A DNA stretch of 39,844 nt from Catajapyx aquilonaris (taxonomy: Eukaryota). Position 1 is the stretch's first letter, and every line of letters begins with the position of its first letter. A program made the translations under genes and the position numbers. Shown one piece after another: positions 1 to 11,758 of this stretch. The notes beneath the pieces were generated by a model that was not told where the DNA came from, ran no database searches, and worked only from the letters and a program-made list of their open reading frames with translations. The stretch is taken from the NCBI GenBank assembly GCA_000934665.2, contig JYFJ02003586.1, positions 1 through 39,844 on the forward strand, given 5' to 3'.

Positions 1-458
1 CATCGCCCCCACCCCGCCTAATCAGCACCCCCCTCCCCCCCACCGATGAAAATTCGAGCACGTGTCATCAGGTCGCGGGAGGAAAGCTCTCGACGGCACT
101 CGCCCAAATCACCTGCACCTGGCACACTGATTGGCGGGAGAAAAAGTCGCGGACGATTCCATAACAGTCCGACAATCTTTTTGACCGTGATAGTACATGG
201 ACTAACCTTAGTAAATAACCCCTTGTCCAAGGTGGTGTCTTTCCGGAAGATATACACTATTAGCTTCATGAACGTGGCAACGCCGCACTTTATCAATCCA
301 CAGCTTGGAGGGTGGCTGGGACCAATATCCATTTAAATAACAATTAAATAAATTTAATTATTTTCTAATAGTGACCGCCAAAGAAAATCAATGCATTGCA
401 CCAATGCAATCCAAAAATTTTGAGCTTATAAAGTGATAGTGTGATTTAAAACCTACTA

Positions 459-1181
459 CAGTTGACTTCGGATAGAACAGCCTCAGTTATAACGGACTTT
501 CAGATAAGCTTTTTAAAATTATCAATCAATCAAATTTTAACTGTTTTTGATTATTCAAATACGGTAGAACCCCTATTATCTGACTCTCGGCTTATCCGAC
601 CGTCCCGCTCCAGAAATAAATCTATGTTTTCTCATCTACCACTGTAATGCAGCCCTCCTAAGCATTTGTTTTGTATTGCCTTAGATACATTGTAAACAGC
701 AGTGTGTGAAGATAAATACTTCACTACTTCTTAGAAAACCATAATATTGTACATGATTTCATGTTATTTGTTGTGTTTAATTGAAGTTTCCTTTGCTCCT
801 TTGATTATCCAACCTTTTCGGTTATCCGATGATGCCCCAGTCCCATGGGTGACGGATAATCGGGGTTCTGCTATACCTTTCCCATGCACAGAAAGGCAGA
901 GAATCCTTGAGTCGGGGTGATTTTCGCATCTGCCACTGATCTAAGATACTCAAAATCAAACTTTTCTGGTATATTTACAAGGAGATGGCAGAAGAAAAAC
1001 ATGGTCTAATTTTGCATTTTTGTGGATAGTTTCATTAACGTATGCAGTAGTATGCATTATAGGCATATGGAAAGCAGAAAACTTGTGTATTCGTTGCAAA
1101 AGTGTCAATTCGGCTATAACAGACCCCGTTATAACACTTTTTCCGCGGTCCCTTGAGGTCTGTTATATCCCGAGTCAACTG
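459..1181. mobile_element. pogo/Tigger-like (Tc1/mariner superfamily) MITE
   Basis: Termini CAGTTGACTTCGGATAGAACAG and (reverse complement) CAGTTGACTCGGGATATAACAG; flanks TA / CA; the empty site is seen in the duplicate near 1420-1430. Confidence 0.8.
562..873. mobile_element. Nested Tigger-like MITE
   Basis: Imperfect TIRs CGGTAGAACCCCTATTATC and (rc) TAGCAGAACCCCGATTATC, TA on both sides. Confidence 0.65.
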
Positions 1182-1788
1182 CATTAGCTCTCCTGTAAAC
1201 TTTCTGAAATGGTCTATTCGCCCTTCTCCTTAATTCCAATGATGGACTTTCTTCTAACAATTTAGGAAGAAGGGCGAATATCCATTTCATTTATTACACT
1301 TACATAAATTTAATGATTTTCTAATAGTGACCGCCAAAGAAAATCAATGCATTGTTGTAATGCAATCCAAAAATTTTGAGCTTATACAGTGATACTGCAA
1401 ATTGTGAGAGATATTTAAAACCTATTATTAGCTCTCCTGTAAGATTTCTAACATGGTCTATTCGCCCTTTCTCCTTAATGCCGACGATATTATTGAGCTT
1501 GCCGACTCAAGCCTGTTTGGGTTATTGAATTACTTTTCACTCTGTACAATAATAAAGATCTACATCTTTGTTTACAACCCACCCAAGTCAATCAAGGTAC
1601 TGCCAGTGATGAAAATTCAAACCTGCCTTTATTTGTCTTAGGAGTTTGTTTATGCTAGACTATTTGTGTGGCACAGGAGTGTCCCAAACTGCTTTCAGGC
1701 TTGGATGCTGGGTGATGTGGATACACACCAAGGTCACACCAAAGCTGTAGCCAGCCCCCTGACACAGCCCACCTATTTGTGTGGTGAC

Positions 1789-2293
1789 GGTAGGTTAATA
1801 ACTGTGTCCTGGCCAGAAGGCGCTGGCGGCGGATGTCCCTCCATTCTCTGCCGCCATCTTGAAGACCCATTCCGGTGGCTGGCAAGTCAATCTGCCTACG
1901 GGGTGGGTGCCAAAAAAAATATGCCAAAAAATAAGTACGGTACTGCTCGGTACTGCTAGCTATCTTTAGTCATACCTAAATGAAATAAATAGTACACTTA
2001 CAATGCTCGGTAAATGTGCAGAAGGCATTCTGGACACACCAAAAATGTCAAGTGAGCAGGAGGTGATTGTAAAAGAGCATTGTAAGTGTACTATTTATTT
2101 TATTTAGACATGACTGAAGATAGCTAGCAGTACCGAGCAGTACCGTACTTATTTTTCGGCATATTTTTTTTGGCACCCACCCGTAGGCAGATTGACTTGC
2201 CAGCTACCGGAATCGGTCTTCAAGATGGCGGCAGAGAATGGAGGGACATCTGCCGCCAGCGCCGTCTGGCCAGGACACAGGTGTTAACCTACC
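1789..2293. mobile_element. Foldback element/MITE with arms of about 220 bp
   Basis: 1789-2008 is a high-identity reverse complement of 2075-2293. TTAA occurs just inside both ends; superfamily unresolved. Confidence 0.85.
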
Positions 2294-2924
2294 ATATTTG
2301 AGGAGTGTCATAGGCCTGGCTGTAGCCAAGACTTGTGCAGCAATTTACCAACTTTGACAGCTAGCTATCATCAAAATCTTCAATGCATGACAAACAAAAT
2401 CAACATTTACTAAGAAAAATAAAAATTCTCAGATGCGTTCCTTTGCTTAGATTCATGCAAACTGGAAACAAAGGTGCTTCGGGAGTCAAGCAGCCAGCTC
2501 AGTAAGCTCTGTTCTGAACTTCCAAGTTGAAATAGAAAACCCATCCCAACAGGGTGGTCACTCAGAAGTAGCAGCGTACACTTATGCAGTGGAGTACTGA
2601 CAGAACACCTCAGATTTAGAATACCTCGGACACCTCCTTGTTTTGGATTGGAACAGTTGTGTGTGTGTTATTTTAAGACACTGTCGAAACCATGCCCATA
2701 AGCATTTCCAACTCTGATTAAATCCTTCCCACATTATAACAACATGGCTACAAAATGAGCTGGTTTTTACTTTGTTGTAAGGTTCATGTAGCATGCATCG
2801 AGGCAAAAGAATACAACCTCACATACAGCGAGAGGTGTCTACTTCCTCTACAGCAACCTACTCCCCATGCCAATGCTCTGCCATCCCATAGACAATGCCA
2901 TATCTACAAAACCTATAGGGGAGA

Positions 2925-3155
2925 TGAAGTGGCGCCGCGGTAACACGCGCGCCCACGGATATGAAGGTCCTGGGTTCAATCCCCACCCAGGGTTCCCACC
3001 TTTATCCGTGCAGAGTTGGGCCATCTCTGGCTTCATTTCGGGTGGAAATTTCCTAAAGACTAATCCACCCGGGGGAGTTCACAAAATGACCCCTCAACGA
3101 CACACCGTGTTTGTAGATAGGGCATTTCTCCTTTGAACATCATGAACATCATGAT
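2925..3155 (+). mobile_element. tRNA-derived SINE, family A copy 1
   Basis: A box-like TGGCGCCGCGG, B box GGTTCAATCC; body shared with 32055-32330; short tandem tail (GAACATCAT)2. Confidence 0.8.
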
Positions 3156-4546
3156 CCTCATTTAATGTATGAAGTCTTTCCAACCATGTTTTTTGAACCT
3201 ATGCAATTCCCTTTTTAAGACCTTTGACATGTCTGTGTCAGGTGACCAAGACTGGGTTTAGGGCTGGGTGCATGAATGCAAATGAAGAGAAGATATCAGA
3301 TGCAGAGATTTCCACAAATTCTGGTATTTTCAGTAGTCTGTATGAACATATCTCACATACACTAAAATGTCCAGTTTTTAAAATTGTTCTTACTGCTAAC
3401 TAAATTAGCAAGGCAATAAAATTGTTGCTTATTAAATTCCAAGTAACTGGCAACATTGCAGATACAGTCAGTTGGCATATGCATTTACGGCATACAGAGC
3501 GCATTGTTTAATAAAAATATAATAACAATAAATGCCAAAAGGAAGCTGCCTGGTTCATGTTCTTTGGGAGCAATAATTTTCCAGCTGCTGCAAGTGAATT
3601 TGTCACACCAACAGGTCCATGACTATTAATGTTATTGAGATTCTTCTGCACTTCTACCTCAAATGGTTATATGAGTAATGCTGTTAATATTGTGCACTTT
3701 AGGGAGTTGCCTTGAAATTGGCCCGTGCAAGTTAACAGCAGCAATTAAGACATTTGGACTCACCTTAATTATCTGTGCAACACAACCAAAATATTACATC
3801 AAAAATTCTAACTAGTAATTTTCCTGAGCATGCCTTCTTGCACAACCAAAATCGAAGATTTTCTGGAGCATTGGCCATATGCAAGTAGAAGGGTTGATCA
3901 CTGAGGATGACTTACACAAAATACTGCTATTGATTCCCAAACATATGCTTCCTTTGGTACCTGTCCACATTGAATGTGTTTGCTTAACTTTTAGGGTTAT
4001 ACACACCATCACCAATTGAGCGTAATTATCCTGCTTGGGTTATAACTGCTCGAATGCAATAATTCACGCTTCTGCATACCTGACATCCACCAGTTCAGGA
4101 CTTACAAATGCCTTTTCTGGTGTTGTGATTACACCACACTACCATAATATTGTACATGTCTTCAGTGTGTTTATAAATAACATCACAATACACAATTTAC
4201 AAATGTACACATTTACTCCTATGAATGTACTGAAGAAGAAATACACAATGATTCTAAAGGAAAAACTTGCCATTCCACTGTACATAACTGCAGGTGACTA
4301 GCGACTGGGATGTCCACTCACAAAATCCCATTTTGTAAAACATACTTATGCAACATCCATCACTTTTTTTTCCAAATTCAAACATCTCAATGTGCTTATA
4401 CAGTAAAAGCCACAGCAGCAAAACAAACCTGGCAGAAGATTACCAGAGGAAAAAATATGTTTCCAATTAATCCCGATACTGCAACCCCACTTTGCCAGCT
4501 TGGTTTCACTCACTGTCCTATGAAAGCAGCAAAATGGTGTACTCAC

Positions 4547-4646
4547 CATGGGCACTACCATCCCTCGCTGATCTGGATGGTCCTGCTGCTTCCATCATTG
4601 ACTCTCCAATGGCTTGATCATGGGGAATTGATTCAGATGATACCTC
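4547..4646 (-). CDS. BTB protein coding exon 3 (EVSSESIPHDQAIGESMMEAAGPSRSARDGSAH-), ends in phase 1; gene continues
   Basis: Acceptor TTCTTTTTCTTAACTAG, 100 nt open frame continuing exon 2, perfect donor G|GTGAGT. Confidence 0.8.
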
Positions 4647-4985
4647 CTAGTTAAGAAAAAGAATGACAATGCCTAACTTCATCGAGCATAAGTAACAGCA
4701 CAACAGAACCACTTGTTTCATAACAGTACTTTCACAATGATTTTAACTCAATGCTAGCATCTCCTAGAAAACTGTATGTGCTAAATTTGCAATGGCCATC
4801 AACATTCCATGAGAATTTAGAATTGCATACAACACAACTCAAGTCATGCCACAAAACGGCACCTCTAACGTTCATCTGAAAACCTGGTCAAAAATTACAT
4901 TACAAAATAACTCTTTTAAATACCCAGCAACCATAAAATTTGACATGTTCCTTGTGTCCAAGGAAAAGAATGGCCTTTCATATAC

Positions 4986-5075
4986 CTCCATCAGCTGAAG
5001 TATCTCAAGGCTCTCATCTGGCTGCTCATCTGCAGACAGGTCCCCATCACTCTCTTCTGTCATAACCGTGCTCAT
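4986..5075 (-). CDS. BTB protein coding exon 2 (acidic linker MSTVMTEESDGDLSADEQPDESLEILQLME)
   Basis: Polypyrimidine tract and CAG acceptor (CTTCTTTTTATTTTGGTACCCAG), 90 nt open in phase 0, donor GAG|GTATAT. Confidence 0.8.
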
Positions 5076-6212
5076 CTGGGTACCAAAATAAAAAGAAGTT
5101 ATAACATTGCAATATTGCAACCAAGTGATCCCCACAGTTCAAACAGTTCACAACATCAATCAAGCAGTAGTAGTACCTATTGAATTGACTAAACTGTAAC
5201 TACACTAAAACCACCTACAATGGACCCTGGATGTAGTGGAAACTTGTCTAATGTGGAAATATTTGGCACTCGCAACAAGGATGTAACATTTCGCTAGTAT
5301 TTTTGTAACATAAAGTGGAACATGTCTCTCACACACACAATTTTTAGGCCTCTCAATAAGGAAAACCCTATGCATAGTGGAACACTGCATGAAATATTCT
5401 TCACAAATTTGTAGAATTGGGAGCAGCGCGAAAAGTCGGCAGGAGTCATGCACAGGCATGCCCTGGAAAGCAAACAGGTGAGGGGTTGATCCTGCAAAAT
5501 CAGCTTTCAAAAAGCATACCACCTCTGGTTTTTAGCAGAATGAAGGGCCCTGCCAAAACAAGGGATTGCAGAAAAATGGACGCTTGAACATTATTTGTGC
5601 ACCTGGGGATATGGGCTTTCTAGTCCTCATCTCTCTTCCTTAGCTGTCTCTTTATGGGCTTGGCAGCCAGCACCTTGCATTTCAAATTAATTTTTATGTG
5701 AAGTCTGGGAACCACTTGCCAGAGGTGTCGAGAAATACGAATAGCATCTCATACATCCCATAGTGGATTACCTCAGAGTGAGATCAGATAATTTATGGAG
5801 TGTTACTGCCTGCTTTATGCCTCCAGAAAAAAAACCAATGAACTAACGTGCAAGGTTTAAATGATGTTTCATGAGAAATGCATTCACATAAGCTACAAAT
5901 TCATGCCTTGATAAATCCAAACTGTCTGAAATCATTTGTCACTTCCATCCCCTATTACACCCAAAATCAGTCGCTGCTTGAACACCCAAAAGACTGCAAA
6001 CAGGCCACAAATTACTGACTCAGAGGCATGCATGTGGAGACAATGTGCTCTGAAGTTTCTTTTCCTAGATAGTATTGTCAACATGGCAGAAACTTGTTTA
6101 ATTCAGAAAATTTTTGTGGAATGGAATGAGTCCACTAGATACAGGTTTCTCTGTAGCTCACCATTTACTCTCCCTGCTTTCACACAAAATGCAATTACAC
6201 AGCAATACTTAC

Positions 6213-6887
6213 AGTCAATTTTTCCTCCTTGATGTCAATTGGTCCAAACCCCCTTCCAGACTTGACCTCCCCAACAATCCCCTCGCTGCTTTCCCTGACA
6301 CAGTCCTCCTCCTCCTCTTCATCCATCAACTCATTCAATCCAATTCGAGCACTCGGGGGTACTCCTGGGCCAGCTTCTGACTCAATGTCATTAGACTCCA
6401 CCTCTTGATGTTGTTGCAGAAGTGCTCTCTTCCGTTTTGTGACAGCAGGAGGTGTTTCCGGCCTGCGTTTGGCAGTAGTTCCTCTTGTAGCTCCTGTTGC
6501 AGCAGATGGGTTACCACCTTGTGCTTGGTTCCTGGACCCAGCCAGCCCCTTGATCTGTAAGGACTCTGCTGCCTGCACCAGACTTCCCAGTTTGTCTTGA
6601 CTCACGCTAACTTCTCCTTTGTACATAAAGTCCACCAGAGCTTCCACCTCCCAGAACTTCATGTCCTTGAGGAATATGATGGGGTGGGGACAGGGGTTCT
6701 CAGTAAGAAGCTTTTCGAAGTAGGATGAGCACGCCGAGAGAACCATCTTATGGCAGCGGAGGGAACGTCCATCGCATGTGAGGGTCACATCCACAAAGTG
6801 TTCCTTGGACAAAAGCTTAGGAAAGGAGGCCTGAAGGACGGAGTGATAGTTGTTCCAGCGTACGTTGAATTGATCTGAGGAGCCCAT
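6213..6887 (-). CDS. Tramtrack-group BTB/POZ protein, coding exon 1 (BTB domain plus low-complexity linker)
   Basis: Translation MGSSDQFNVRWNNYHS...FVDVTLTCDG...HKMVLSACSSYF...HPIIFL...LVDFMYKGEVSV...AESLQIKGL is a canonical ttk-type BTB. Acceptor TTTTTTATGCAG precedes 6897, ATG at 6887, donor GTAAGT after 6213; 675 nt, phase 0. Confidence 0.95.
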
Positions 6888-6983
6888 CTTCAATTACCTG
6901 CATAAAAAATTGCATTCTGTATTCGTTGGAAAGTACTCAATATTATGATCACACTGTCTTTAAAGATTCCAAAGTCTGGGTCA

Positions 6984-7200
6984 GGGGAGGCAGACTAGTC
7001 CTGCAGTAACATGTGCGCCCATGAATTAAAGGGTCCAAGGTTCTATCCCAAGCGGAGGATTTCTCCCCTTCATCTTGTGAGGCATGAGTCACCTCTGGCT
7101 TTGTCCCTGATGAAACTTCTTTACGACTAACAACTCTGGGAACATGAAAAATAACTTCTTGAGATATTATACCTGCACATCCCCTCCCTGTCACTCTTCT
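6984..7200 (+). mobile_element. tRNA-derived SINE, family A, CpG-decayed copy
   Basis: GGAGGCAGACTAGTCCTGCAGTAACATGTGCGCCCATG...GGTTCTATCCC...TGCACATCCCCTCCCTGTCA aligns by eye with the copy at 32055. Confidence 0.65.
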
Positions 7201-7977
7201 GGGCAGAAGACCCAGTGACTTGCTAGCAGTCCCTAAATATAACAGTGTAATGAAGGTTCATGTGATATACCTTGCAACTGGTGAAAGCACTGCCTAGATC
7301 ATTAACATTGTAATGCATCTCAAGAATTGAAGTGACACAGTACCATAGTACAGAAATTATGAATTATCTGATGGTGGCACAAATATGCACAACTATGATT
7401 ACAAATAGCAGATGAGTTGCATTTACACCTCCACTACTTGGTCCCACCCCCCTTTAACATTCAGTTAAAAGCTTTAGGCAGTTTAGTACCACTTCAACAG
7501 AGGATTGTTTTCCTGAAACATGAGGAATTCTAAACTTAGGATTAAGAAGAAACTTGCCACTAAGAGCTGGTTGCAATACCACAAAATTCAGGTTCAGGTA
7601 TGGATTTGCCTTTGTTATTAATTGTTAAGTTCAATTTTGCCAACAATAAGACAGGCAAACCCCAAACCGATCTGCCCTACACACTGGATAAATGGTATTT
7701 TCCTGTGCCTTGGGCATGCTAGGACTGCATAATAGTATTGATTGCACGCCATTCAACCAAGATTGCTCACATGTCTTTCCTGTCTCTGTTTTTACCCCCA
7801 TTTGTCCCACCTTCCTATCTTCCAACAGCCAGATCACCTAGTTGTTTCAGCTCCTTCCCAAACAAACAAATGTGGAGTTCCAACATGGCACCCAAGGAAG
7901 CGAAAATTGTAGCATTGATAGCAACAATCTGCAATCCATGTATACGAGATCAGTGGCAAACCCGTACATGAATCTGA

Positions 7978-8180
7978 ATATTTATTTTTATTTTTTATTT
8001 TTTTATTTTACCCCATTAGCTGGCCCGTTGGCCATTTTTCAGGGGACACAACCACCAAGCATTACATCACATGAATCTGAATATTGCACTGGTGCAACTG
8101 GCCCATGAGGTGAGATGTTCACCTCCATGCAAGGGAACCAACATATCAGGGTTGCAAGAAGCCCATGCCTACCCAGATTT
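7978..8180 (-). mobile_element. 3' end of a SINE/LINE with A-rich tail
   Basis: Reverse complement ends GGTGGTTGTGTCCCC...TGGCCA...GGGGTAAAATAAAAAAATAAAAA, similar to the 3' end of the family B SINE. Confidence 0.5.
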
Positions 8181-9184
8181 AAGAAGTTAACTATTATTGA
8201 TTCAACCAGAAATAGTTGTGCCTTCACAGTATTTTTTGTTTTTTAAAATTTCCAGTTACATTGTCACCAATTATGACATCAGTGCAAATGACCCTTCCTA
8301 ATTTAATATTAATACCAAATAGGGAAGTAATGGTTTTTCTACAAATTACAGCAAATGACTACAAGGCATCTACTCCAAGGTTGCAGTACAAATATGGGTG
8401 GAGTTACCATGTGAACCAATCATGTAGGAAAAACTGGACCTTCCCTTCATATGATTGGGTCTTGCAGTAACTTCCTCCCAGACATGCCTCAACCTTGAAA
8501 TGTACTCCCCATACTACACAAAGCATGTTGCAATGGTTAATTGTGTAGGGCAAAGTCCTTGCCTTTGCTGTCACCCTTCTGAAAGACAAATGCAAGCATC
8601 CTTATATTTCATAATTTCCTAATACTTGCCCCAATCTAGTGTCACATCATGCGATTCTTACAAGGCTTCCTGGTGAAGGAATGAAAAGTGGCGTCACGTT
8701 ATCATTGACATTTGGTACGCTACGCTCCTCATTAGGATGGCACCTATAAAGATTATATTAAGTTCTCTCATCTAACAGGCATTTTGCAAATGCCAAGACA
8801 GTTGTCATGCTGACATCTGCATTGTCCCCAGTTCCAGTGTGCAACAAGTTTTTCCACAAACCATCAATTCCCACTTACCCATCCTCAAATGACAATCAGC
8901 TGCCCTACACCTAACACAATTTCTCATCCCATGTAGCAACTGGCCTGCCTGGGCCCATTCCCTTATGTCCCAAAACTGTCCGCCATGTTGAATACAAGCA
9001 CCCTTCTCCCGACCAACGCACGAAACGCCCAACCCTGAGGTCATCACACCGTCATCGCTTACTCTATGTCACCAACACCATCCACATTCCAATGGTACGA
9101 AGTACGCTCTACAACACGTCCAGCCCAAATTTCGGTCCTTCCTACCGTGGGGTGCCTTACAGAATTCTGGATGGACCCACTCAC

Positions 9185-9270
9185 CTTGGCGTGGTCTCGC
9201 CCGGGCTTCGTCGTCACCAGACTTCCTCTCGACACCAGAGAACCAACGCGATATGAAAAGCTATTAGCGG
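9185..9270 (-). other. Probable non-coding first exon of the BTB gene (5' boundary approximate)
   Basis: Perfect donor AAG|GTGAGT at 9185/9184, located where CpG-poor gene body turns CpG-rich. The ATG-containing exon has an acceptor, so an upstream exon is required. Confidence 0.5.
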
Positions 9271-9366
9271 TCAATAATTTACTGGCGCATTGTTACATTG
9301 CAGGGTATGAGAATACTGGCGCCTCAACTTTGGATGGTATGAAAAAGAACTAGTTTGCGTATTTTG

Positions 9367-9428
9367 CTACCAGGTGGCGCTGGTGAGCAAGTTGAGTACA
9401 ATGGACTGCTCTAGGCGACATCTACCGG
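9367..9428. promoter_or_regulatory. Two oppositely oriented CTCF-like motifs
   Basis: CTACCAGGTGGCGC (9367-9380, +) and CCGGTAGATGTCGC (9428-9415, -) each resemble the CTCF core CCRSYAGRKGGCRS. Confidence 0.45.
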
Positions 9429-10978
9429 TCTTTCCGTGTTGTTCTAGCGGGAGGAAGAATTAATACAAAGATCCTCGTGACAATTTTTTTGGTCCTTGCC
9501 TGCCTTTATGTGAGAGCAACCGGGTGTTAGGGCTGGTTGTGTAAATTTAGGACAAGGGATTAACGCTACGCAGATGGGCTGATTGTTTTGGAAAGATCAA
9601 TGAGCATTCAAAGTTTCAAAGTTCTGTGAATGTCAACTAAATGTGATTGCTGAAGAGTTATACTTAATAAATGGTGATTGTCACGTGAGTATATTTTAAC
9701 TAAAGTTCACTGATTGTGGACTGCTGAAATGTACAGTGATTCATAGACTACAAGATTCATAGTAGAAGTATATAGTCATATGGAGTCACTATTCATTCGT
9801 GCGCTGCTAGGGTATAGTTACGAAGCCAGCCAGTACACTGCTGTCATTTTTGTTTATCATTTACTTTGGAGACCTTGAGACAACCCGCCATTCGATACAA
9901 TCCGCTCTAAGACTAATTAGTATAGCCGCTGCACTGTCGGGATAGGTTGGGAAGCCTTGAGAGTATCAAGTACACTACAATCGCCAGCATAAGTTTCTGT
10001 ACACGCAGGAAACTCAATTAGTCTGCACCTGCATCTACTATACCGTAGTATATTTAGCCTTAGAATAGCAGTGACATCAATACTGTCAACGATATCAACA
10101 ATATAATTAACATTTAAAAAGGCTTTGACGTCGGTATTATACTAAGACCTTCCCACTCTCTACCGTAGATTTATACAGGTTGTGAAATTTGACATAAAAT
10201 GACAGATTATCAATTTTTGGCACTAAGCCGCTAATTTTTAAGTAGTTATAGTGGCGTAGTTACGTTTAGTGGTTATGAAAAATATTAACGACTATATTAG
10301 GTTACGTGGATCCATCCTACAAAAATGGGTCGTTATTCCAGTAAAAAATCGCTAACCATTACTAATAATTACACTTCAAACGGAATATCCGGTACAGTAT
10401 ATCATTTTTGGCAACCGTGTATCTGTTATGCATGATGTATGCTTGTTACCAGTATACCAGGAAGATGAGGTCATCTCCAGTGTGACACTGACTGTCCAAG
10501 CTCAATTTACGAGATAGTTCTTTTTATGGGCCCTATACTCAATGATGCGTCCGAATGATTCCTCCACACTGATCACATGCAAATATAGTGTCCATATCGA
10601 GTCTGATCCAGACAAAACTGCATGAATCACACATGACAAATCAACACTATACATCACCTACCGACCTATAAGACCCCGTTTTCTTTGTTCCCTTGTCCCC
10701 ATGCCTGTGTCCCTGAACTTCGACCCTCACGCCCACAATTATGTGCCTCCGCATTGATAAACATGAATCAAAATCCGGCCACTCTTGCGCGCGCCCCTCT
10801 GGTAGAATAATATGAAGAGAAAAAAAACGGTATACGACGAGATACTACTCTTGCCTGAAACACTTGTTGAGGCCACGGTCGACCAATCAAACGCTACGTA
10901 CAGGTAGGGAAGGGAGAGAATCCGGCAGAGAAGAGAAGGAAAAAAAAAGAGAAGACATTGCGCTTGAAGTTTCGTGGC

Positions 10979-11036
10979 TCAGTGTGAGTTTGAGAAGGCT
11001 GGAGGAAGGTTGTGTCTGATAGTCGGTCGTACAAAC
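10979..11036 (+). other. Probable non-coding first exon of the 4-TM gene
   Basis: Inr-like TCAGTG at 10979-10984, CCAAT near 10884, donor C|GTAAGT at 11036/11037; can join the acceptor at 11739. Confidence 0.45.
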
Positions 11037-11758
11037 GTAAGTTTATGGTGTTAATGTTAGGTTAAGTGATAAAGAGGTTGCTGTGTTGTAGCATATTGAG
11101 AGAAAAAAAAGTCATTGCGCTGTTTTGTAAACAAGCCGGTTTTTGTTATACACTTGTTGTGAAGGATCGTACCAGGAAAATTGTGTGTTTTTTTTTCGTT
11201 AGTGTTTTCTTGCTTGGGGCTACGTGAAGGTGTGTCGGAATTAAATTTGTGGGGCCAAAGTTCGTTTATTAGTTGCTGCAATGCCTTAGGCGTACTAGCA
11301 CAGTGCTTGGAACATTTATGTTTGGATTTACAACGAGACGCGCCTGCCCTCATTTTGAACCACGTTCCACGTTTTGTACAATAACGCTACGCAACCGCTT
11401 TATCACGGCACACACTTTGTTTAGATAACGCTCATATTTACTTTTTCCCTCCCCCTCTTCAGTTCTCTCAGCGAAAGGACGCCCTATTTACAACACCCCC
11501 AAACCCAAAAGACTCAGTGAAAGTCAACATGGATCACAGGCGCCCTTAATGGCGCTTCCGAGGCATAACTTCCTGGGAACATTTCGACAATGCCTTGTCT
11601 TACATCAATTTCTGAAACAATGCTATGTCAGTGACAAATCCACGATGAAAACACGTGACGTGAGCTAGTACTATTTTTTTAAAAAACAACTCACCGCGTG
11701 TGTGTAACGTGTGTGTTGGTGTCTTTGTGATGTGTGTAGACGTCATATGTGATGTGAG

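Larger units (their letters stand above)
348..1479. repeat. Local tandem duplication (copy 1: 348-458 plus 1184-1234, split by a MITE; copy 2: 1304-1479)
   Basis: Near-identical TTTTCTAATAGTGACCGCCAAAGAAAATCAATGCATTG...GAGCTTATA and TTAGCTCTCCTGTAA...ATGGTCTATTCGCCC blocks in both copies. Confidence 0.85.

Noticed and set aside
18..336. Overlapping ORFs of about 100 aa at the window start as a BTB terminal exon
   Set aside because: No domain signature or convincing acceptor; probably repeat-derived sequence.
10542..10606. Possible C/D box snoRNA (ATGATGC...CTGA...CTGA)
   Set aside because: Imperfect C box, no terminal stem, no rRNA complement that I can recognise.
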